A stretch of DNA of 64,000 nt from Antedon mediterranea. Taxonomy: Eukaryota > Animalia > Echinodermata. Numbering within the stretch: position 1 is the stretch's first letter; each line of letters opens with the position of its first letter. The stretch is taken from assembly GCF_964355755.1 (NCBI RefSeq), contig NC_092679.1, positions 20,691,432 through 20,755,431 of the forward strand, written 5' to 3'. The notes beneath the pieces were generated by a model. It was not told the origin of the DNA. It saw nothing but the letters and a program-made list of their open reading frames with translations, and searched no databases. The position numbers and the translations under genes are program-made. Shown piece after piece: positions 50,901-62,900 of the stretch.

Positions 50901-53900
50901 ATGAAATAAATGTATTACAATCTCTCTCTAGAATAACCAAAGTAGATTAAAAAATTAGGAGGAACACGCTCAGTCTCCTAATGGAATCCCAGAATTATAT
51001 CTGTGAGGCAGTCAATGTACTCACAGTGATGTCATCAATCAGTAAATGTCTAGCTGACTCTTCAACTCCTAACCACTTCTCTTTGTAGACCCGCAAGAAA
51101 AAGTTGATGGCTCGATGTCTGCAAGGAAAAAATTACTGCCTTATCAAGACTAATCCTTTAAAAAATCTTGAATACTGAGTAAAAATTAAAGAATCTTCTA
51201 TAGATTTATTATTTTAAAAGATCTAGTTTAATCCAGACAAAAGAGAAAAAAAATTTAATTGACATACCTTGGAAGTGCACGCAAAGGAACCATCCTAAAA
51301 CAAGCCATGATAGCACGGCGTCTTTGACCAGAGATCAACCGACGCCAGGCACTCTTTTTTGATACTGGAGGATGTTCAGTCTAAAGGAATGAAAAGTATA
51401 CTTAATAAAGTGTTGCTGTGGAACACACAAAAGAGATTGTTCAGTGTTATTGGATAGAAATAAGTAATAGTACAAAACCCATGTGTAGTGGTTAACTTAC
51501 AATATGAAGTCTGTGTAGAACGATAGCCATACTGAGAACTCTCTGAATGATCTCATCGTTAGAAAGACTGATGCTGGATAAATTATTGGAAGACATCTTG
51601 GAATAGAGGCGTCGTTGCCAACTGGATATCTGTGGACCCTATAAAAGATAAACTAATAAATGAGAAAAACCTCAAAAAAATTATCTGTGAAATGTGAAAT
51701 TCATATCAAAATAGTCATACTGTTCAATAGAACTGCTAGTAGAACCTGAGAAAGTGTGCCCTGCATAAAGGGCCTTTCACACCTGTTCCGGCACGGTTCC
51801 GGTCCGGCGAATCGAACGCCAATCTTTCGTTTTCACGACGCTCCACGCGGCCAAGCACCAATCGATATGCGCGTAGCCGCGTAAAAACGAAACATTGACG
51901 TTCGATTGGATTTGCCGTCGCCGGACCGGAACCGTGCCGGAGCAGGTGTGAAAGGCCCTTAAGGATAGGCCGTGCAGTAGTATTGAAATGGATATTGACT
52001 CTTGTTCATTTCACAGATAAGGGCCCCTTTAAGAGGAGTGCCCCCTGAAATAGGGTGTCCCAAACAAGATGTTATACTGTATTTGAATATCATTAAATTA
52101 AAATATTAATAATATAACGTTTCATCATTTAGAATAAATGTGTTTAAATGATGTGAATTATGGTAATGAAATAACATGTACTTTTTGGAAAATCATAAAT
52201 ACATTGGATGGAGAGTAAGTATAAAAATAATGACTAAATGAAGCTAAAAAAAACTATTTGAGGGAAGGATAGGAAAGACATAGTTATAGCAGAGACAAAT
52301 ACCATGATAAAAAGAAATATAAAATAGTAGATATACTGTACATAGAATGCTACAACTAGAAAAACTATTTCTAATTAACTACTACTAATAGAAGATGACA
52401 AAGACAGTGTTCTCATATGTACTTAACATTTTGACTTTTTTGTTTTTATTTATTGAATGGTCATTTTCAAATAATTGTAATCCTATTTTTAAATTTGGAT
52501 ATATTTTTTTAACTGTAAAGTTCTGTCTACACTATCAACATTTATGTAACAAAATGTGATGTGGTCATATATGGACACGATGACATCATATCACTACCAT
52601 ATTTTGGCACATTACACTTCTTTTGTCAAACTAGTTTTATAGTGTAGATAGAGCATTAGAAATGTTATCATTAAATAATTATTTGTTTAAAAGTAACAAA
52701 AAAGCCTCTTTGAATAAAACTTTAAATTAAAACTTCATAAATGAATTCCAAATCAATCCCTTTTATGCATTTTCAGTTTTTCGTTTATGAGAACAATTAA
52801 AAGAAAAGGAAGAACAAAGGATAGAATGAAACTTGCTTGTGAAACAGAATGAGAGGAAGAGGAAGAGTGAGAATTTCTATTGGGTTCTAAATCCGATGAG
52901 TCATCGTTATCGTCATCCACCTTTTTATCCTGTTGCAGAGTGCTGAGTAAAAATTCACGAACATCCTTCTCTGTGTCACGCTGTAAGAAAATGTGTACAA
53001 AGTTACAATATTTTTAAAATTTGATTTCATTCACATCCAACAGCGGGAAGAACGTCACTTACAGAATGGAAAAATAATAAATATTATGGTAATGCTATAA
53101 GGATATAATTATTGTTCAATTAGGACATTCAAGACACATGTAGTCCACTTCTTCTGCATGCACAAGAGGCAGATGTTTGATAGGTAAATTACTTATTTAC
53201 TCCACTGCATGATTGAGGGCAGCACATAACTAACCTCAAGAAATCTCTGCTTTGCTTGTTGCACCAATTCCTGTTCCATTGCACCATAGAGATTCATTCC
53301 TATTGGTAACAGACGTTTAAGGCAGGATACAATCTTGCTGGATGAATAACTGTTTTTATCTCGACCATTATTGCTTTGAGGCTCATTCTGAGCTATATAG
53401 TTCTGCTCTTCCCTTTTGAAATTCTGATAAAAAGAGAATTCAGTCAATTTCTGAGTCTTTGGTGGGCATATTCAATGTTTTGTTACTATATTTATGTTAG
53501 GCTTAAATCTCTGTCTACATCAGGGAAGACTACTTTTTGCTGGTCAACACTATCAAACTAGTTGGACAAAAAAAGTGTGATGTGCCCAAATATGGTGGTG
53601 ACATGCATAAATCTGGTAGTGATATGACATCATATATAGGCACATCACATTTTTGTCACATAAAGTTTACAGAGGTTAAGAAACAGAATTTGACCAGACC
53701 ATATTTCATTTAGCTGTTAATACAGTCATAGCTTGCAACGCAAGTGACTTGACCAATTTCTTAATGTTTTGATAATTAATCGCTTGTGATACGCCCTTGG
53801 GTTTTATCCTAGTGGGAACCAAGCTTTAGACCCAACACGAATTAGTTGACCATTAATAATTGATAGATCCATTGATTGATCAAATTGCTTTTGTTGCACT

Positions 53901-56900
53901 CTAGTGGGAACCAAGCTTAATGAAAACTAGTGCCAATGACAGAATTGAATAGTTGATCCACTTACTGATGACTGTGCCCACCAGTTGAAGATATCAGCTA
54001 CATGTTTGTAAAGCGTCTCAGAGTACACACTACCAGATTGTAACCACTTTGATCTGTTAATGAAATACTACCAATTATTTGATTTCTATATACACTGTTA
54101 ATTTGTTAATAAAAATAAAATAGGTGATATTAAATTATTGTTTATGCCATGTAAGAATATGAAGGGAAGCTGATTTTTACCTGTGGTGGTCCACAAACTT
54201 AATGAGAAGAGGGTAGAATGCAAAGACATCTCTCACCAATAAACCATAATGCTATAAGAATGGAAAGTGTAAGAAATATGCAATCGAGATTGATATTAAA
54301 AGAAACTGTGCTTGATTTAAAAATGCACGTTTTAAGAGCTAAAAGATAAAGAAAGATAATTTGAAAAAGATAAAGTTGTAAACAGTGTAAAAAAAAGACA
54401 CCAAACCCAATGTCAACATGATTGTCGAAGCATTTGGTGGACAAATGGAATTAGGCATATTAACATACGGTAGACCATCACCTGATAGACAAAACAGCAA
54501 AATCGTTTGGAAAGGTATGTATAATTTTAAGATACAATTTATAGTTACCTCAAGGAGTTCAAGCTCTACTTCCTCCATCTCAGTTCCACCTCCTGGGAAG
54601 TTTCTCTTGAGGTCCTCTTCACTCTGGAACACTGTCTCAGCACGTTTGCGGAGAACCTCTGCGACCGGTAGAAAGTGTGAGCAGAGCATGCTCTCATCTG
54701 CATTGCTCAAGATTGGTAGAGATATTGCTGGAAATTGTACATTAAACAAATTGAATATAAGACATCAATAATAATATTAAAGTCTGCATAACATTCTCTA
54801 ACTTCACTAAATGTACCACATAGACTTTTTTTAAGATGTCCAGAGCCTCCTACCAAAATCGTGACTTATGTATATGCTAATTGAAACAACACTATGCGAG
54901 GGCAAAGAGATTTGATATCTATTAATTACTTACCTGCTATCCTACTCATCCAAGGGGCATTCTCTGATCCTAGGTTGTTCTTTATGAGAGTCAGAACATT
55001 TCCCAATGTAGTGTTCATATTTCTGGAACTAACCATTGTCCAGTAATTGCTGCAAAAAAAAATCATATATTCTATTTTATAGAAATACTTAGATATCTAT
55101 AAAATACACATTTGAAACATTTAAAAGTATTTATTGAAGTTCTTTTGTTTATGTTACTTTGGACATTATCTAATACACATACCCTTGTCTTCTGTTGATA
55201 CTGTCTGGTCCTTCTTGCCACCAAAATGGTAAATAGCTGCAAAATGTAACAAAAGTATACATTTATCAGTATAGGCTTGGGGTAAGATTTTTCAAATTTG
55301 ATTAGCAAAAAAAAAACTTTGTTTTAACTCAATTATTTTGAATAATAAACAAATACTTTCTATTTACTTCATATTACTAAAACTTCACATTTTTTTCACT
55401 TAAGCATTAACTATCTTTACTTTAGTAAAATGGTAAACATACCTGCACAACGTAGGCAGTATCACCTCAATAACATGAGGAGCTTCATAGTATTTAGCAC
55501 CAGATTCAGCCATTTCATCAACCTCACGGATCATGGCATCTAATGTTGGAATTCCAGAGGAAGAACTCACAACTTCTGAAACAAAAATGAAAGTAAGCAT
55601 TAATATAAGATAGATACTTGATATACAACATAATACATGTACAGAAAAAATACTTAAAATGGACTTGAAATGGATTTTCTATTTTTTTTTTCATTTTACA
55701 ATGATGTAGTAGAGAAATAGCTGAAATTTGCAAATTTAATTGTACATTAAACAAAACTTTAAGAGGTATATTCTTAAAAATACAATTAAAGAATCCTTTG
55801 GGATAAGCCCCTTTTGAAAATCCCAAAATTTGTCGGGTATCACTATATTCCTATTCCTCCCTGTTACAAAATGCTGTTTTTTGAAATATTTTTTAGAAAA
55901 TGCATGTAATATTGCTAAAATGTATTTTTGTTTACCTGGCTCAGCAACACCCTTAGCGATGGCTCTCATCTCCTGTTGTCCTAGCACAGAGTTCCTATTA
56001 TTCTTGTTCAGCTGTGGCTCAAGGAACGCTACTGGAAATGAACCAGCAATTGCTGCCAACAATTCTCCAATAGCAGGTCGATGACTGTAAAATAAAGTAA
56101 ATAATTGAAACAATAATATAAACTTAATGTCAAAAGGAATTATGAGTATATTGAACTATATTATATTCTACATTCATTCTAGAATACTGCAAATATGGCT
56201 ATGAAACAAGGACTTCTTCAGACTACAACAGCAGACTAGATGTTGGTAACTCAAACTACAGGGAATGTTATAGAAATAATAGAAAAGAAAAACTAATAAA
56301 AATGAAATAGATAATGAATACAATTCTATTACTGGATATATTACATTTAGATGGCTTTGTTTCTCAAACAGAGCATCAGAAGATCCATCCTGAACTACAG
56401 GAAGAATAAAGTGGTTTAGGTATTAGGAATTGAGAATGGAATGGCAACCTGAAAGTAATTATGAAGATATTTCATGGGCAGGGGTATGATTACTGATATA
56501 ATGTAAGTTCTATCAGGGAAGATTGTAACTTCACTCTTCCTCCTGGTTCTGTACAGTTAATGTAAGATATCCAAAACATTTTGATTTTTGAAGGGTATAT
56601 ATTAAATTCTAAACAAACTATGAAATATCATGGCAACCCGTTTCAGCATATTTGTCATTAATACATTCACCTAATAAACTTTTCTAGAAATAATGACTAA
56701 ATTAGGTAATCTATCCACACAACAAAAATCAGTAAAAATTCTATGCACTAGTGAATATAGTTAGTTTGGTCAGCTAAATGAAAGCTGTATTTTTTATTTA
56801 TACCATTTATTTGATGTTGTTACCTTTTTATGCACATTCTTTCCTTCTCACTGTGGAACAATGATGCAAAAAAGCTTATATAATAATTGCAATTTATATT

Positions 56901-59900
56901 ACTATATTTATCCTATCTATCTATATGTACTTTATGTTATACTTTAACTCCTCAATGAGACTTATGGGGCATAAGGCTGTGGTTCTCCAGTCTCCATACA
57001 TCTATTGTCTGTGTCCAGTAAATGTGTCAGGCAAACCACTAACATGGTTAAATATCAATATTAAAGTAAGAAATTATATTGCTATACTATATCTACTGTA
57101 CTGATGTATTCCATGTTTCCATGGTGACTACTACGGCATCATCTCTGCCTCTTGCTAGCATCCAAGTCTTTACAAACACTAACATGGTGTGGATATATTT
57201 ATATGCATTTGTACGATTAATAAATAAATATAATTGGAAATAAACTAACTTGTTGGCAGCGGGATGTTTGGCTGCTCCAATAACAAATAGTGTCTTTATA
57301 ACTTTGTAGCAAGCAACTTGTACTTGGTCAACTGAAGTCAAATAAAAAGAAAATGTCATACTTTTATTATTATCAAAGAGGTACACATAGATAGGTAGGA
57401 AATATTTAGATGTTGAATAGAAAAAGTAATTTAAATTCATCATTTGGTTTGAAATATTTTAGAGAGATACACTAATTTTCTTTCTTAAGTGCTAAATTAC
57501 CAAAACTGGTCATATTGAGAGCTAAAGCTCTGTCTACACTATCAAACTTTATGTGAAAAAAATTTGATGAGCCCATATATGGACATGATGATGTCATATC
57601 ACTACTATATTTAAGCATATCACTACTATATTTGGGCACATCACACTTTTTCACTAGTTTGATAGTGTAGACAGGCTTTACAAACACTATGTTTAACAGC
57701 AGTGTTTAATTAAAAGTTTAATATTTGCCCAGATGCAGAATTATACATAAATAACACATACGTAGTAACTCTTCACCAAACTTGAATTTCCCAATATGTT
57801 TGAAGAGACTTGTCAACATGGGCAGCAGTACCCCGGGCACGTACTTCATTATCAACCCTTCTTTGAAGTCTGGTGGTTTCACATGACTAAAGTAACCAGA
57901 TTTAACATTCGCTTGTGTACTTTCTAAGTCGTCCGCCGCGTTGCAGAAGAAAACAAGAAGTGCGTTCTTTACTGAACCAGATCCATGCTTGGTGATTGAT
58001 CTATAAAACAAATTTAATTATTAAACAGTCATTCATTTTATTTTCGAACAGAAATTTAATGTCAAATTAGCATAATGTAATCAGTAAGATTTAGAACTAC
58101 TGTAATACCTTCCATCTATGGCAGTGGCTATCACTTCCAAACAACAGACTGTACAGTTTAGGTCTTGAGCTAAAAATAATTTACAAATAAAAAATGAAAA
58201 AATTAGGTAAGGTATTAAAAGAAGGCATTAATTTTGGTAAATAAAAGTGTTCAAGATTTACGTTTTTTTTTATTTCAACAGAAAATGAATTACCTTGAAA
58301 GAGGTTTATCTTCTGACGAACAAGATGAGATAATTTGCAGAACAAGCTGAAAAGAATTAAAAAGAAAGAGTAACAACAAAAACTGAAAATGTTTCAAAAC
58401 TGATCAACTAAAACAACCAACTTAAAATATGTGAATTTAACTGAATTTATTTTCTATATTTTTTGTTCTCACAGCTTTCAATCAAATTTGCAAGATTACC
58501 TGGCAACCATTTCCTTTTCTCTGTGCGATGCACTTCCAAATCGACTTGCTTGCAATGAACTTGGACTGGATACAAAATAACAACAGTAGGCCTCAAAGTA
58601 TTTCTCAATCAACGGAAGGACAACCTATGATAAAAACAAACATAAAAATAGATGGAAATTATGGTTTGGGGTGAAAGATTGCTTTAGGAAAATACTGTCG
58701 AGGAGAGTAACACAAACTTGTCTGCTAACCATTAATATGAAGAACAAAGATGATGCTAAAAAAATGATAATGATGATGGTAATTCTACAGTAATACAATT
58801 AGATAAACAATATATAATATTAAAAACATACCCTAACAAAAAATTTGTAACTTCTTTCTTCCATTTCTCGTTTCTTAAAACCTGAGAAAAAAATCAATTT
58901 TCAAGTCAACTTTAACTCGACATCTAAAAGGATTATTTCAATGTATTTCTTAGTCACAGTGTACACACTTCTCCATAATAAGTAATGATAAAATGGTGGA
59001 TACTGACAAATGGTAGTCTTACCTGGTCGAAGGTTAGCCTGGGCCTTGTCAACATAGTGAATTAACTTCTCCAGAAGATTAAAAGCAAAGCGTTTCTCAA
59101 TGGTGTTGCTGACATGCGACAGTCTGTCTTGTGAGTCCCCAGTGCCATTCCTAACAAAATAGTAAGTACACAGTAATCTACTACTCTACTGTAAAGCTCT
59201 GTCTACACTATCAAACTAGTGTGATGTGCCCAAATATGGCAGTGATATGACATCATCATGTCCATATATGGGCACATTTTTTTGTCACAAAAAGTTTGAT
59301 AGTGTGGACAGAGCTTTAGAAAGGCTTGAATAGAGAAATAAAAGCAAACAATTCATAGTTAATCAAACTAGAAAATGTATCTAAATATAAGTCTATAACT
59401 TTCCATGACATTATTAGTGGTACTTTTCCATGCAATTCTTGAACATAAACATTACATTTCAGTTCTGAGTGTTCTACACTTAAGAGGTGCTGCTGTATCT
59501 CATTGTTAGCAAGATAAATATTCCACAAAAAAATAAGCACATTTATATAATAATCACAAGGATACAAAAACAAAACTAAATTGGAAATATAAAAATGGAA
59601 AACAGTGCAGGACAAGGTAGAGGATTTGGTTTATTAGTAAAGAACAACCAAACAAACACAAAGAAAAAGGAACGATTTTCAAAATTCAAGGAAGATATAA
59701 TTGTCAAACATCTAGGGTGCAGAACTATAAAGTGTTAATGATCAGAAGTTGTTAATTGGTAATTATGTGCTGGTCTTTTAATTACCTCTCATTTTCATCT
59801 GCTTCTTTGCTACAGTAACAAAAAAGTGTTAAATTATAGTCATTTTGTATTAAAACATACTATATTTGGACAAATATCAACTGATATCGGTGTAATTAAA

Positions 59901-62900
59901 TTATTTGAAAGGGGTTGGGTAGTCTAAGGAGGCATTTAATTCAATTTATTTCACATCTGTCATAGAGACATACAATCAAAATAGGAAAGGAAAATTAGGA
60001 CACCTAGCGATCATAAAAAAAAGCTGGGTTCAATTCCCGATAAGAACACTTTCCAGTTCACTCAGCTGTAAAAGGACACCTGGTTGAAAAATACTATGGA
60101 GGACAACGCATCATGGAAAGGAACCGGTTATCTTACCACATAATACCGAGGCTTAGTAGAATAGGCTCCTAACACCTACTGTACGTACAGAACGAATACA
60201 AGATTTAGCTTTAAGGTAATGTACACTTTATGAAATGAGATAAATTTAAATATAATATTTCAATATTTATTACTTCATCAATATTATTTAATATACCTTT
60301 GTAATCTGTATCCATTCACTTGAAGAAATTTCAGAAGAGCTTGAGTCATTTGACGATCCTTCTTCTTCTCTGCATCTGTCAGAATGTCATACGGCACCAA
60401 AAGAGGATGGCAATCCCCACCTAAAACAAACAGTTTTAAATTAAAATTCTATCACAGATTTTAGTCATATTTGTTATTTAAAAAAATCACTCACTTTTAT
60501 TTTACACAAATGCAAAAAAAAAATAGCTTATTCGTCTGTATAACAAAACAAACAAAAAAAGATCAAACATGTTTTATAAAATTTAATTTTTTTGGATTAA
60601 TTGTTTTTAAATTAATTATCAGTTATTACCGGTTTTGTCCAGCGTCGATTTCGTCTTCTTTGCCCACAGATCATGAGCATTCTCTGCTAGTCTCTCAGCC
60701 ATGTTCTGCAAAATAAAAAGAGGTGAAACGTTCACAATATTTCCAAAAAAACACAAGACGAAAAATAGATCAGAATAAAAAAGAATTACTTAAGTAAGGT
60801 GTTTATTTATTTCAGAGTTAAATTACTCTTTAAAAATAAGGTTAAATTTAAAAACTACTGTAAATCCTCACCTGCATATCCCTCGTCAGTGTGATGTTAT
60901 TCATATCAATTGGCCGAGGATTATAGCCATGTGGAGATTCAACTACACCCTAGAGTAGAAGAATACATTATTTATATATTATTACACACCTGAATAGATT
61001 CTTTGATTGGAGGATTGTGGGTCACATGATATTCAATAGACATATCTATGTCTCCACCTCTTTAAATAGAGCAGTCAATCTTTCAAATATTCCCCACCAT
61101 CCAACTCATAAACATTCATTATTTGTACATTATTTGTTCTGCTAGTTTTATATCAATTTAGCACATAGAAAACTTAAATCAATAATTCAAAATTACCAGA
61201 CTTGTCTTGGAGAGCCTTCGTCGTAGTTGTGGATTCTGGTCGGAGCTGCTTCGTTCAATCGTCCAACCCCAAGCATGGATGGCCTTTAAGCTTTCCTTGA
61301 TGGAACTCCTGTACAAGTCTTTCTCCTGAAATCAATTCAAGATTATTTTTAAAAGGTCACTCAAGATGTTTTTACTTACAATTAAACTAACTGGTCATAT
61401 ATTGTAGATTGGTTATATTTCAATTGTATTTTTACCAAGGAGGTAAAATTTCTTCAACTAATGTTTTACATTTTGTCTGAGTAGTTTTTTACTACCATAT
61501 ATCCTCTGGTATAACCATCGCCTTAAAACACAAAATTTCGGAGGTGGGGCTATACCCGGGAAAAAATGATTGGTATGCATTTCTTGTAAAAACTCATCTG
61601 AACTGGCTGGACATCCAGACCAAATGTCAATATTGAGACTATACCCTGGATTATATGTCGGTTTGTGAAATCAGACATAAAATAGGGGGTGGGATTAGAA
61701 ATATTATGTTAACATATTTATTACAGTAATTTACCTGTGTAGTAAGATTGCGGTATGGTCTAAGCAAGGAATGATGTCGCATTGCAGGACTGTCTGTTTC
61801 ATCATAAGTCCATCCATGTTCAAACTAAATTAAGAAAAAATAATTACCATCAATTGTTTTTTTTTTACTTCTAAAACTGTGCTACACTTAGGTAACTGGA
61901 GGTTATAGGTTTCTATGTACTGAGAATTTGGTATTGTGAAAGTATTTATGTATTTATTTATACTATCTATACAGCTGATATCTTTGTTATATCAATGTTG
62001 GCAAAAACAATGTTAAAATAGGTAAACAGTCAAACCTGTTCCAACGCCCATGTATCATGTAGGAATTCTGCAAATCTATCACGAAAGGATAGTAAACTTT
62101 CATTCAGATGAATTCTGAAAATGCAATAAAATAAAGATATATTTAAAATAATAATAAAATGGACAATCATCATGCATTTAGGACAAATACGGTCTTAATA
62201 CAAAAATATATTAGAAAAATATTTGATTTGACAATAGAGAGCTTTTGACTGCGACGACCATAGGTTATGTTAATACCATTTGCACATGCAGGGACACAAA
62301 CTCAGCTTTGACAGTTTTAGCAGATTCTAGGTCCACACAATACACAATGAATATGCAAAGGTTCTAGATCATCATAAATTGCAAGCTGTTATTCTTGTCT
62401 ATTTTACTCACTTTGACGTGTCTACAGGGCAAGGCTGGTAAACCCCTTCAGCATCGATGTTTGATTCTCGTATCATGCTTTCGTCATGGTATGCCATTGA
62501 ATAATCTGGTGGAAGAGCACTACCAATTGCAGTCAAGCATGGTAGTGCCTTATTGAACAACTCTGCATCATACTCCTGGAGAATAAGAACCAATAGCGCA
62601 TGTTATTTAACTGCTAATACATCATATAAAACATATGGGTCCTCCTCATAGAGATCACATTATCTACTAGAGAAAATACTCATACATTAAAACAGGTCAA
62701 AAGTGCCCCCTCTAGTGGTCATGCACCACTACACATCTCTTTTGTTGTCTCCTAGTTGACTCTCTAGTAGTTTATTAGTATCTCTATGGACATTCTGAAA
62801 GTTGACATTTTTAAAGGGACGTAAACCGAAAAAAAATTTCTATGTATATATTGTATGCAAATGAAAATAAATGGAAATAATTTTCCACTGATAAATTAAT

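Noticed and set aside
54418-54771. Plus-strand ORFs overlapping RyR exons (also 40194-40456, 55830-56084)
   Set aside because: Antisense shadows of RyR coding exons.
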